From Chrysemys picta bellii (taxonomy: Eukaryota): a stretch of 64,000 nt of DNA. The position numbers were made by a program, and so were the translations under genes. The notes beneath the pieces are model-generated. The model saw only the letters and a list, made by a program, of their open reading frames with translations, was not told the origin of the DNA and ran no database searches. Shown here one piece after another: positions 37,220 through 48,575 of this stretch (position 1 is its first letter; each line of letters opens with the position of its first letter). The stretch is from the NCBI RefSeq assembly GCF_011386835.1, contig NC_088801.1, positions 32,984,001 to 33,048,000 on the forward strand, given 5' to 3'.

Positions 37220-38150
37220 TAGGAAAATAGAAATTGCCATACTGGATCAGGCTCAAAATCTGTCTAGTCCCGTATCCAGTCTCTGTCACTGGCCAGTACC
37301 AGATGCTTCAGAGGAAGGTGTAAGGTTTAATATCTCTTTCAAAATTTGTTGTAATTAATTATAACTCCAGATATTCTTGATATCTCTGTAAATATCCAAT
37401 GCCTTTTTGAATCTCGTTAAGTTCTTGGCCTCAACAGCTTCCTGTTGCAGCAAGTTCCAGGTTAATTAGATGTTGTGTGAAAAAAATCCTTTTATCAGTT
37501 CTGAATTTCCCACCTTTTAATATCAATGAATGTCCCCTTGTTCTTGTGTTATGAGATAAGGAGAACAGAAGTTGCCAATTTACCTTCTCTAGACTATTCA
37601 TTATTTTATATAATTTATCATGTCCCCTCTTATTTGTCTCCTTTTAAAGGTAAACAATCTTCATCTCTTCATTATCTCTTCATATGAGAGTTTTCCCAAG
37701 CATTTTATCATTTCCATGCTCTTCTCTGAACCCTTGCCAGTTCTGCAATATTCTTTCTGAGATGAAATGACCAGTACTGTACACAGTATTTCAGATGAAC
37801 CTGCACCATTGATTTATATAAAAGCATTAAAATATTCTTTGTATTATTTACCATCCCCTTATGCTTCCGAACATCTTGTTAGGTTTTTTTACCTGCAGCT
37901 ACATATTAAGCAGCTGTTTTCATTGAATTGTATACAGTAATGCCCACACCCCTCTCTTGTGCTGATACAGTAAATTTATTTAGAACACCACAAAGTGTTT
38001 GAGTAGTTTAAATTTTTCCCTCCACTATGCATCACTTTTCATAGATTGACATGGAATTTCACTTTTAATGTGGTGCCCATTCACCTAGCTTGTGAAGTTC
38101 CTTGTCGTTCTGATTAATCTGAATAACTTGGTGCCATCTACACATTTGTA
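37220..38150 (-). mobile_element. Old CR1 LINE fragment
   Basis: Reverse CR1 3' UTR (GCCATACTGGATCAG..GGCCAGTACCAGATGCTTCAGAGGAAGG) extending to a degenerate FADD region near 38135. Confidence 0.75.
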
Positions 38151-38340
38151 TCAGGTGGATTAAGTACTTGTGAAATGCGCCTCTCGCTGAGTTTTGGAAC
38201 TGATTGCTTCCTTTCGCTGTCAGGTGTTTCTAGGTGCCCACCAGGACTATGGTTGGGCAGCGCTTTGGCTGTGGAGGGCCAGCTGCACCCTTCTAACATC
38301 TGGGGGAAAGGCACAAAGGGAACAATCAGTGGCCCCCACC

Positions 38341-38657
38341 CAGAGGTGAAAGTAAGCCGCTACAGCCCGGTACAGCGAACCGGTAAGAAAGTGGCTGCCG
38401 GTACACAGCCAACCGTATCAGCAGGGCCTTGGGGAGGGGGAATGGACAAAAGCAGCAGCAGCCCTGGGGCTTGATCTAAAAGAGGCCAGAGCCCCGGGCA
38501 TCACTGAAGGGCTGGCTAGGGAAGTCTGGCCCCAGCCCCACCCCTTCTGCCCGAGGCCCCGCCCCTTCCAGGTGCCCAGAGGGCCCCCCCCCTTGCCCAA
38601 GACCCTGTCCCAGCCGCCCTGCATACGGGTAAGTCCTTTAAGTTACTTTCACCCCCG
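38341..38657. mobile_element. hAT MITE at the upstream edge of the PSMD14 CpG island
   Basis: CAGAGGTGAAAGTAAG / TTACTTTCACCCCCG; TSD CCCCCACC/CCCCCAGA; same family as 7098-8267. Confidence 0.85.
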
Positions 38658-38999
38658 CCCCCAGAACAGAACAGCGGGGAGCCTGCAAAGCATCATTACA
38701 TGGAGCCAGCCACGGCCTGCCGCCATCGAGCGGGAACCAGTGCTGCCTGGACGAACTTCCTCGCTCCAGCTTACGGCAGAGGCGGGAGAAGGCCCCTCCA
38801 GCGGCAGGGGCGCGAGCGGCTGCCTGCACTGCCAGCCGGCAGCCTAGCCCCGCCCGCGCCTCGGCTTCTTCCAGGGGAGCTTGGGGGAGGGAAGCTCCGC
38901 GCGACTCGGAGGCATGGTGGGGGCGGGGCTACGTTGCCATGGGTCTGACCCCACCAAGCTATTGGGATGGGAACGGAAACCGGGAGGTGCCCTCTGAAC

Positions 39000-39108
39000 C
39001 CGGAAGTGTTTTCGGGAGGCCTGGGCGGACTGGGTTTGAATGAAATCCGGCTGATTCATCGCGGCCCGCAGCGGACGTGGAGCGGCGGCGGAAGGGTCTC
39101 AGCCCCAG
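39000..39108 (+). other. PSMD14: PSMD14 non-coding exon 1 (start approximate)
   Basis: Consensus donor CAG|GTAAGG after 39108 inside the CpG island; mammalian PSMD14 has two non-coding exons before the ATG exon. Confidence 0.75.
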
Positions 39109-39184
39109 GTAAGGGTAGAGGCCACTCGGGGGACGTAGGCTGTAGGCCCGCCCGTGGCTTGGTCTGGCTCCTGGGCCTTTCCAC

Positions 39185-39208
39185 GGCCCCGGCCCCGGCC
39201 CCGGCCCC
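39185..39208 (-). repeat. (GGGGCC)4 hexanucleotide repeat
   Basis: GGCCCC x4 on the + strand, 77 bp into intron 1. Confidence 0.95.
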
Positions 39209-41122
39209 AGGCTGTAGGGGCTGGGCCCGCGCGGCACTGGGCGAGGAGGCGATGAGGGGGCCGGGTGCAGGGGTAGAACCGGGCTGCCGGGACGCTGGTG
39301 AGAGGCCCCAGGGAGCTGGGAGGGGGCTGCGGGATAAGTGTTAGGGATGCGGCCCGCTGGGGAAGTGTCGCGGCTTTTGGTGGCCTGCCCCTTTATGTGG
39401 AGAGCGGTAACCCCTTCCCTGCCCCTGGCCTGTTACCTTCGAGGTGCCAAAGCCTGTCCCAAGGGCCTAGGTGACAGCATGTTGTGCCGCCTCTTGGGAG
39501 TCGCTAATGGGCAATTTTCTGTGCTGATCTTTATTATTTCTAACCCCCCAAACGTGCCTTGGGTAGCTTGCAGAAACAAGTGAGTGCGTTGCTACCGCCT
39601 GAAAGAGCTTGCAATCTACATTCAGCCGGACTTAATGACTTTGTTGTGAACAGGAGAGGAGGGACAAGAGCTGCAGTAGTTCATGTGGTTAATCAGTAAA
39701 GCATCTACACAGATGGATGGTTATTGTAAATTTATTGTTTTTAATGCCATGGTGCCTTATTAGACCTGGTGCAAGGAATGAGAACTGCTGCAAGAGGCTC
39801 AAATGCTCCTATAACACTATTGCTGTCATGTTCTGTTCTTGGAGTCCACAGACTGTATGGTTTTCAATGCTAATAGGGACACTGCTACCACAGTAAATAA
39901 TCACAGGCAGACCTGTTTGCAAGTTCATGTCAACTGGCAGCAGTGACCTTTTCTGGTTTTGTAGCAATGTTATCTATGTAAGAGTCACTCTACTGACAGC
40001 TGAAATGCAGCTCTTCTGGGGTGAAGCATGCAGTTGCCCAATGGTGCACAGCAGCACTCTTGTATTATATTTAACAAATGTTCCTGGTGAGCATATCCCT
40101 ATGGTTTCGTCTTTCTTGTCTTTAAAGAAATAAACCTCTGAAAGTGCCCTTATCCTTGATATTGAACGTTCCAAATACAAGTGGAGCATAAACTGGTCAT
40201 GTGTTGTCTTTCAGAGTCTGGAGCTATCCCCAGTGACTTTACACTTACTCACTGCTTTGTCAAGCAGCAGCAGCAGTGAGTGAAAACTGACTTGTCTTGG
40301 CAGCTTTCAGTGCAGCTATTTATGTAGTACTTGAGAAGCAAGACAGGGAAAGAAGCAGAACACAGTGTAGGGAATGGGCTAAGGAAGAGAAGGGAAAAAC
40401 AGGAAAAAGACACTTCAGGTAACAGGCAGGTGGGGGATAGAGAGGAAGGAGACCTATATAGGAAAGAAAGTGGAGTGAAGCTAGGAAAGGAGGTATAATG
40501 AGCAAAAATAATAGTAGTCAGCTAATTTTATTCAATAGATTTCACCAGTTTTTGTAGGTTAAATATTTTTAGTACTATTTGGCTACTGGTAAAACATCTA
40601 GTATATTTGACAAATATGTATCTTTGTTTTTTTGTTCAATCTGTTTATATCAAATATATTTATAGTAAATAGAAACATCAATGGTGATGCATGCATTTTC
40701 AGATTGTGATTTAAATTATTTCTGTTTGAAAAGCTATGTATTTATATTCGGTATGCTATTGGGAAATCTGCCCCAGTTTTGTCAGCATTTTGAAAATGAT
40801 CTCTTCCCTTTCTAGGGGTGTGAGGTGCTGCATGTCTGAGCTGTGAATCACATTTCTAGCTCTAAAGCTTTTGATTGGGCAGAAGAGTCTACTGACAACA
40901 GCATTCTTTGTGGTCCCTGTAATATGGGAGGATGGGAAGATAATCTCTTGATAGATTTCTAAAGTGGTCCAGAAATTGGTTTGCAAACATATTTAACGGC
41001 TAGAACTCTTCCTGAATGGTTTGGAATGGACGGGACCTCAAATGGGTTAATCTTTGCACATAAATAACTTTATTAGGTGTTCATGAAAAACTTGTGATCC
41101 TTTATCTACTGATGTGGTAGAT

Positions 41123-41458
41123 CAGGGGTCGGCAATGTTCGGCATGCGGCTCGCCACGGTAAGCACCCTGGTGGGCCGGGCCAGTTTTATTTACCTGCTG
41201 ACGCGGCAGGTTCGGCCGATCGCGGCCCCCCCTGGTCGCGGTTCGCCGTCCTGGGCCAATGGGGGCGGCGAGAAGCCGCGGCCAGCACATCACTCGCCCG
41301 CGCCGCTTCTCGCTGCCCCCATTGGCCCGGGACGGCGAACCGCGGCCAGTGGGGGCCACGGTTGGCTGAACCTGCCACGTCAGCAGGTAAATAAAACTGG
41401 CCCGGCCCACCAGGGTGCTTACCCTGGCGAGCTGCATGCCGAACGTTGCCGACCCCTG
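41123..41458. mobile_element. Fully palindromic (fold-back) hAT MITE
   Basis: TIR CAGGGGTCGGCAA extends into ~155-bp near-perfect inverted arms; perfect TSD TGGTAGAT. Confidence 0.95.
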
Positions 41459-41711
41459 TGGTAGATCCTTGCCACTCTAACATGCTGATGCCTACTATGA
41501 CTATGTTATCAGTTTAAAAGAATCGCATGGAAATTAGACACAAATTTGTAAAGGTTTTGACATAATCAGTTAGGAGGCACTATTCAGTAGAATACCAAAA
41601 CACTAACTATGTCTGATAACTCTAGATTTCAGAGTAGCAGCCGTGTTAGTCTGTATCCGCAAAAAGAACAGGAGTACTTGTGGCACCTTAGAGACTAACA
41701 AATTTATTTGA

Positions 41712-41751
41712 GCATAAGCTTTCGTGGGCTATAGCCCACTTCTTCAGATGC
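41712..41751 (-). ncRNA. Minimal type I hammerhead ribozyme of the Penelope pLTR
   Basis: Minus strand reads GCAU-CUGAAGA-A-GUGGGC-UAUA-GCCCAC-GAAA-GCUU-AUGC: core CUGANGA/GAAA, 6-bp stem II, stem I GCAU/AUGC and a palindromic AAGCUU stem III. Confidence 0.8.
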
Positions 41752-41779
41752 ATAAAATGGAACATATAGTACGGAGATG

Positions 41780-41821
41780 TGTGTGTATCTATATATATCT
41801 ATATTATATATATATATATCT

Positions 41822-41854
<33 letters not shown>

Positions 41855-41856
41855 AC
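41780..41856. repeat. Compound (TA)/(CA)/(GA) microsatellite
   Basis: Visible dinucleotide runs inside the Penelope 3' region. Confidence 0.9.
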
Positions 41857-43742
41857 ATGAAAAGGTGGAAGTAGCCGTATCAACTCTAAGAGGCTAATTA
41901 ACTAAGATGAGCAATTATCAGCAGGAGGAAAAAAAAACTTTTGTAGTGATAATCAAGATGGACCATTTCAGATAGTTGACAAGAGGCGTTAGGATACTTA
42001 CCATGAGGAAATAGATTCAATCTGTGTAATGACTCAGCCATTCCCAGCCTCTATTCAAGCCTAAGTTAATGGTATCTAGTTTGCATATTAATTCAAGTTC
42101 AGCAGTTTCTCACTGGAATCTGTTTTTGAAGCTTTTCTGTTGCAAAATTGCCACCTTTAAGTCTGTTACTGAGTGACCAGAGAGGTTGAAGTGTTATCTT
42201 ACTGGTTTTTGAATGTTCTGATTCCTGATGTCAGATTTGTGTCCATTTATTCTTTTGTGTAGAGACTGTCTGGTTTGGCCAATATACATGGCAGAGGGGC
42301 ATTGCTGGCACATGATTGCATATATCACATTGGTAGATGTGCAGGAGAAAAAGCCCCTGATGGCGTGGCTGATGTGATTAGGTCCTATGATGGTGTCGCT
42401 TGAATAGGTATGTGGACTGTGGACAGAGTTGGCATCGGGCTTTGTTGCAAGGATAGATTCCTGGGTTAGTGTTTTTAGTGTGTGGTTGCTGGTGAGTATT
42501 TGCTTCAGGTTGGGGGGGCTGTTTGTAAGCGAAGCCTGGTCTGTCTCCCAAGATCTGTGAGAGCGAGGGATCATCTTTCAGGATAGGTTGTAGATCTTTG
42601 ATGATGCGCTGGAGAGGTTTTAGTTGGGGGCTGAAGGTGACGGTGAGTGGCGATCTGTTATTTTCTTTGTTGGGCCTGTCCTGTAGTAGGTGACTTCTGG
42701 GTACTCTTCTGGCTCTGTCAATCTGTTTTTTCACTTCAGCAGGTGGGTATTGTAGTTTTAAGAATGCTTGATAGGGATCTTGTAGATGTTTGTCTCTGTG
42801 AATGGGATTGGAGCAAATGTGGTTGTATCTTAGAGCTTGGCTGTAGACAATGGATCATGTGGGTGTTCTGGATGGAAGCTGGAGACATGTAGGTAAGTAT
42901 AGCGGTCAGTAGGTTTCTGGTATAAGCTGAGGTTGATGGTGGGATGGAAATTGTTGAAATCATGGTGGAATTCCTCAAGGGCTTCTTTTCCATGTGTCCA
43001 GATGAAGAAGATGTCATCAATGTAGCACAAGTAGAGTAGGGGCGTTAGGGGACAAGAGCTGAGGAAGCGTTGTTCTAATTCAGCCATAAAAATGTTGGCA
43101 TACTGTGGGGCCATGTGGGTACCCATAGCAGTTCCGCTGACTTGAAGGTATATATTGTCCCCAAATGTGAAATAGTTGTGGGTGAGGACAAAGTCACAAA
43201 GGTTTGCCGTGACATTATCGAGGATACTGTTCCTGGATAGCTTGTAGTTCATCTTTGTGTGGAATGTTGGTGTAGAGGGCTTGTACATCCATAGTGGCCA
43301 GGATGGTGTTTTCTGGAAGATCACCGATGGATTGTAGTTTCCTCAGGAAGTCAGTGGTGTCTCGAAGATAGCTGCGAGTGCTGGTAGCGTAGGGCCTGAG
43401 GAGCGAGTTCACATAGCCAGACAATCCTGATGTTAGGGTGCCAATGCCTGAGATGATGGGATGTCCAGGATTTCCAGGTTTATGGGTCTTGGGTAGCAAA
43501 TAGAATATCCCTGGTCGGGGTTCTAGGCATGTGTCTGTACAGATCTGTTCCTGTGCTTTTTCAGGGAGTTGTTCCTGAGGCTGTTGATGGCGTTGTGTTC
43601 AGCATGGCTGAGGTTTTGGGGCAAGTGATGCTGCTTTTTCACAATTTCAGCCCGAGCACATTGACGGAAGCAGTGTATGTTTTTAATCTTTCATAGAAAC
43701 TACATAATGAAATATAAACTACTAGCACAGAACTATTTCTTC

Positions 43743-44084
43743 TGGAGCTGTCAAACGATTTAAAAAAATTGCAATTGTGAGATAAAAAACTCAATTAATT
43801 TCAGTTTGAATCACACTGTTAATAGAATAACAATTTAAATGTATTATAAATATTTTTGAATGTTTTTCTTCATTATTAAATTTATTTCAGTTACAACATA
43901 GAATACAAAGTGTGCAGTGCTTACTTTATATTATTATTTTTGAAGCTGTGGGGGTGGGGCTGACTGCCCAAGCTGGAGCCCTGCCGCCACATGGGGGTGG
44001 GGAGGGATGAAACTTAAGGTGGAAGTCATGGAGATCTGTTAAAGTCATGGAAGCCGTGACCTCCTTGACAAAATCGTATTCTTA
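43743..44084. mobile_element. Two fused truncated hAT MITEs (GCTGTCAA.CGATT-type left part; GACAAAATCGTA..CTTA-type right end)
   Basis: One terminus of each family is visible; the right piece resembles 1537-1771. Confidence 0.6.
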
Positions 44085-44551
44085 CTTATAAGTTGCAAAT
44101 AAACAAGAGTTTAAGTTTCAGCATGGTAATATAGTTAGAAGCTTACTGCCACACATGGAATCTGTGTTCTGCTCTGAGTTTCTTCCTTTATTTCCATGCT
44201 GGGTGTGCTAAGCAAAGGGAAACTACCTAGTGACTCCAGCTGTCTTCTGTTCTCCTGGAGGAATGGTGGATCTCTCCAGTGTGTGACTTCTTAGGCAGTA
44301 ATAATGTGGAATACTTGTTACTTCGTCCAGAAAAAAATGTTCTCGACCGTATTACAAAGTTTTAGCACCAGTCTTTTGGAAAGATTTTTAAAAATCCTTA
44401 TTAATGGAAATCAGGTATTAAATAGAAACAGGTGGAAGAATATTAAGAATAAAGTTAGTTGTCTGGGACCCCTTTCATTGCGTTTAATGCAAAATATGAA
44501 GTGAGTGTTCCTTTTTGCCACAGTCTTTTCATACTTTTGCATTGTCTAGTT

Positions 44552-44856
44552 CAGTGGTCCCCAAACTGCAGGTCGCATCCCTTTAGGGGGGCATGGAAAA
44601 AAGTCTGTGGGGGTGGGATGCAGCAGAGCCTGGGCCGGCCCCCACCGGGGGGCAGGCAAGGAGTGCCACTCAGCTCTGCTTTGCTCAGCCCCTGGCCGTA
44701 GCTGCGGCCCTGGTTTCACTCCTGGTTGCAGCTCAGCTGCCGGGTCCCAGCCATAGCCTAGTCTCACCTCCTGTCCCGGTCTGGGGGGGGGTGTGAGACG
44801 CATTCTATTACTGGTAAAGGGTGGGGGGCATGAGAGGAAAAGTTTGGGGACCACTT
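44552..44856. mobile_element. hAT MITE (CAGTGGTCCCCAA)
   Basis: TIRs CAGTGGTCCCCAAACT / AGTTTGGGGACCACT; TSD GTCTAGTT/GTCCAGTC. Confidence 0.85.
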
Positions 44857-45325
44857 GTCCAGTCCCTATCTCTACTCCTAATTGCTATTATGTTTTTTAA
44901 TATGTACCTTTTTCCTAAATGTTCTAGGAATCCCAAAGCATTCTGCAAACTGACTTTTCAAACCTGCTAATTATTGACTTAAAGTTGAAATTTTGTAGCT
45001 AAGGTTTTTCTCTTTTCTGTATATAAAAATAACTCTAATTCTAACTTTGACACTCTATCTCAAAAAGTTATCAGTCTTCATAATGAACCCAACTGCTCAT
45101 CCCAGGATCCAATGATGAGTCCGTTTTTTAAAAAGAAATTACTTCAGTATATAGTGCCCATTATTTCTACTAAGAAACCAGGACTATTGCATGAAATCTC
45201 ATTCTGAGCTGCAAGTATATAGTAAGGCACTGAAATCATAAATTTTTCAAGTTAATTAAAAGATCTGAAATTCACTAAGTCTTAGGCACAAACATAGTAC
45301 TCCCATCTTCTTAGAGAGATGATTA

Positions 45326-46131
45326 CTGTATATACTTGTTCAGAAGCCAAATTTTTTTAGTCAAAAAGGGAAGCACCAGATAAGGGGGTCGGCTTATGAA
45401 CGGGTATAGAGAGGGAGAGGTTGGACATAGATCCCCCCCCCCCCCAATAGAGGGAGCAAGGGGAGGCAGCAGAGCCAGAAGGGAAGAGGCGGGACCGGAG
45501 TCTCTCCGCTTCTGGCCATGCTGCTCATCCCCCAGCCTCCGGAGCAGCTGCAGCTCTGGGGCTGACAAGCTGCAGCCGTGCCGCTCAGCCCCGCCCCGCC
45601 CCCCAGAGCAGGCTGTGGTCGCGCCGCCCAGCCCAGCCTGCTGGAACATGCTGTGGCTGCGACTCCCGGTCTGGGCCGCTGGAGCAGACTGCGGCCATGC
45701 TGCCCAGCCTGCTAGAGCAGCTCCAGCCAGGCCAGAGACATCCTACCCTGGCCCTCCCCAGATAAGGTGGGAAGGGAAGGGATGGGGAGAATGTGGGGGT
45801 CCCTGGCTAGGGGTGGGGTCATGTGGGGGGTGGTCACAGAGGTTACTCCACTGACCCCCAGCTTCTCCCTCCCAAAAAATTTCCCCACCAGTTGCTGTCC
45901 CGGCCTGTCAGGGTAAGCAGCTGGCGCGCCGGGACACTTTGTTTACCTCCGTGCCTGCGGATGCTTGAGGTAAAAAACCATCTCGGCCCGCCAGTGGCTT
46001 ATCCTGATGGCCCGGGAGCCAAAGTTTGCTGACTCCTGAATTAGAGGGTCGGCTTATGAACATTTTCCATTTTTACTTATCCATCTTGGGGGGGTTGGCT
46101 TATAAACGAACCAGCTTATGAGTGAGTACGG
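45326..46131. mobile_element. GC-rich Tc1/mariner (Tigger-like) non-autonomous element carrying an internal hAT-end fragment
   Basis: TA-flanked termini CTGTATATACTTG / GAGTACGG; repeated GGCTTAT(G/A)AAC subterminal motifs; hAT-like end AAGTTTGCTGACTCCTG at ~46022-46038. Confidence 0.75.
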
Positions 46132-46975
46132 TATATTGCTCATATCTGTTCTTCCCAGGCCATGTGGGAAAAAGTTCTTAGTAATACCACTCAGTGTTTC
46201 ATCTTCAAAGCACTTTATAAATATTAACTGATCTGTAATCAAAACCTGGGTTGGTTATGCTGATTGAAATCCAGAGCTCTTGGTGGCTGGTATCTTGTAC
46301 CAGTTACATTTATCCGTTGATGTACTTCTAGATGACTGTACTGAAGATTCTCTACGGATTTTCCAGTTTTAATTCAATAATCATCAATTTTCATGAATTT
46401 CTGCAGTGCAGATTTTTAAAGATGTACATTTTGTGTCCCATTCCTCCGCTCTCAGGTTCGGCAGTGAAAAAACTGCAATAATGGAGGTTGCATAAACAAT
46501 ATTTGAACTGCAGTAGTTCAGTCAAGCACACACTCAACTATTGCAGTTACTAAAAATCAAAGAAATCGCTTGCTAAGTCAGCAGTCATGACCACACTAAC
46601 CTATTCCTAGATGTTACCAGGTAAATGGACTGCCCAAACGCAAATGCATTCTAATTTCTAACCTGGAATCATTCAGTGTGCTCATCACAATCACTCTCAA
46701 ATGAAAAACAAATGATTGAGGTTTTTACTAATCCGTGTAGTGTGCAACTTTTCTTTGACCTCGTACTTTTGTATGGGAAAAGTTAGTGGTTTTTTTTTTT
46801 TTTTTAAATTTAATATTGTGCTGGGCATAGGTAGAGAACAGCACTTGGGAGGAGGATTAGGCCATATACTATCTACTCAGCCTCCCCAGCATCAGGGACT
46901 GACTGGGGAACTCTGAAGAGCAGAGCTGGAAGACAGTGCCAGAACAGAAGTATGTCATGTTCTGACAGACCTGCC

Positions 46976-47545
46976 CAGAGTGTATAAAAATCTATTTATT
47001 TAAAAAAGCGGATATTTTTATTTAAATTGGATTTTGTTTTAAGTTGAATATATTCTTTTAAAAAATCTGTTTAAAATTAAATTTGAAACTGACAACCTAT
47101 GTTAAAGCCTAAATTTATTATTATCTATTAAAATAATTTAGATTAATAATAAAAACATGCTGCATAAATGACCCCTCAACAAATTTTAATGAGTTATAGA
47201 GTGCTGCTTTAATTAGATGCAGAATCATGGGGGAAACAATCTTCAAATCAGGCTTGGAAAAGTCACAGTGTCATGTACTGCATGAAGTATATTATTTTCA
47301 CTCTTTTCAGTAAAACAAATGCTGGTATTTACCTTTTTCCAAATGTAAGTTTCTGTGTGCAGAAACGCTTTTGGTTTAATTACTTTTGGTGTCAGTTTAG
47401 CTAGCACATGCAGAGAGAATATTTTTCTTCACTTGGCCTAGTAGTTAATTCAAAATTCAGAAATGGATTGGTACTTGAATAAGCAGGAAAGCTTGTTTTC
47501 CTTTTCTAGTTTATGAATAAAAAACACATGGGAGAGAATGAGATC
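46976..47545 (+). mobile_element. hAT (Blackjack-like) remnant with transposase C-terminus
   Basis: CAG.G...TAAAAATC left end; AHAERIFSSLGLV.NSKFRNGLVLE*AGKLVFLF.FMNK near 47400-47520. Confidence 0.7.
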
Positions 47546-47611
47546 TACCATTTTGAAAAACTTGAAGGACATGGGGGCCAGACTTTCAAAGGAATTTAGG
47601 CACCTGAAGAC

Positions 47612-47739
47612 TAAGGTTGCCACCTGTCCAGTTTTCACCCGGACAAGCCTGGGTTTTAGCTTGTGCGTCCGGGTACCATTTAACAAGCCTGGATGTCTTT
47701 TTCTAAAAATAAAATAAAATAAAATCTGTGGCAACCCTA
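47612..47739. mobile_element. hAT-Ac MITE (TA.GGTTGCCAC) without TSD
   Basis: Inverted termini TAAGGTTGCCAC / GTGGCAACCCTA; flanks do not match. Confidence 0.65.
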
Positions 47740-47929
47740 AGCGGAAGAAAGGAGGCAGTGCAGCAGCCACTGCTGCCTCTGGGGCCATGATGTGCAGGCA
47801 GGGTCACATTTAGGGGCAGGCGACCCACGCAACCGCCTGGAGTGGCATGCTTAGGAGTGTTGGAATCGGGATGCTGGGGCACGGAAAATAGAATATTTGA
47901 AGTAAAATGTTAGATAAATAAATGTATCA

Positions 47930-48575
47930 ATCAGGTATTCCCAAAGAAGCCTTCAGAAGCTCAATATAGGAAGCAAAAAGCTCAGTTGCAATCTAGTTTG
48001 CAGCAATAGGCAAATTTGATGGGAAAATATCTGAAACAGAAAAACATAGACCGGGCTTTAGGCAATAGCAATTGTCCCAGTGCAGAAGAAATTGAGGAAA
48101 GAAGCGTAACTGGTGGAAGTCCTATTACTAAGGAATTAGCAGATTTGCTTGAAGATAAGGAAAAAATATAGGAAAGTGATGGAGAATTGTCCAGTTTTCC
48201 TGGTGGCATAAAGGAGAGTGATGATAAAGAAGAATGTGGCTCACATGAAAAGAAGAGTAATGACAAAGAAAAACCTAGTTAACGTGAAAAGGAGAGAAAC
48301 AATAAAGAAAGATCTTTCTCGGACGATGACGGAAACAGCAGTGAGAAAAATTGCACTCCACAGATTGATAAATCAGATGCTGCTTTATGGCCAGCGATCC
48401 TAAACTCTGCTGATATTGATGATACAATTTTGAATGGGCAGGACAAAATTGAGGATATGTCGTTTCCAGTAAATGAGCAGAAGTGACACTTCTCAAAGTC
48501 ACACTGCGAAAGAGTGCTTGAGAACGATGAAAAACTGAATTGGCGTTGGCTAATTTACTTGAAATCAACTGATTA
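47930..48575 (+). pseudogene. N-terminal relic of a Tip100/Zaphod (ZMYM1-like) hAT transposase
   Basis: KKPSEAQYRKQK..LMGKYLK and DAALWPAIL..FPVNEQK*HFSK..VLENDEKLNWRWLIY.KSTD; cut off by the CR1 that follows. Confidence 0.65.

Larger units (their letters stand above)
38660..39500 (+). promoter_or_regulatory. PSMD14: CpG-island promoter of PSMD14
   Basis: Strong CpG/GC enrichment; GC box GGGGCGGGGC (38920-38929); RFX-like GTTGCCATGG (38933-38942); ETS/GABP CCGGAAGTG (39000-39008); ARE-like GCTGATTCAT (39050-39059). Confidence 0.85.
41625..43680 (-). mobile_element. Penelope-like retroelement (RT + GIY-YIG endonuclease), 5'-truncated with internal deletions
   Basis: Minus-strand ORFs: PGHPIISGIGT, ILATMDVQALYTNIP, YLQVSGTAMGTHMAPQYANIFM, YIDDIF, and VIYAIMCQQCPSAMYIGQTRQSLHKRINGHKSD (GIY-YIG). 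Confidence 0.95.

Noticed and set aside
1-38000. TANK 3' exons (upstream neighbour of PSMD14 in mammals)
   Set aside because: No segment translating to TANK C-terminal motifs (e.g. CEFCQAVFPP) was found; the gene probably ends left of the window.
39574-39579. 6-nt micro-exon (GCAG|AAACAA|GTGAGT)
   Set aside because: No polypyrimidine tract; the donor alone is insufficient evidence.
41102-41483. Near-identical ORFs on both strands
   Set aside because: An artefact of the palindromic MITE.
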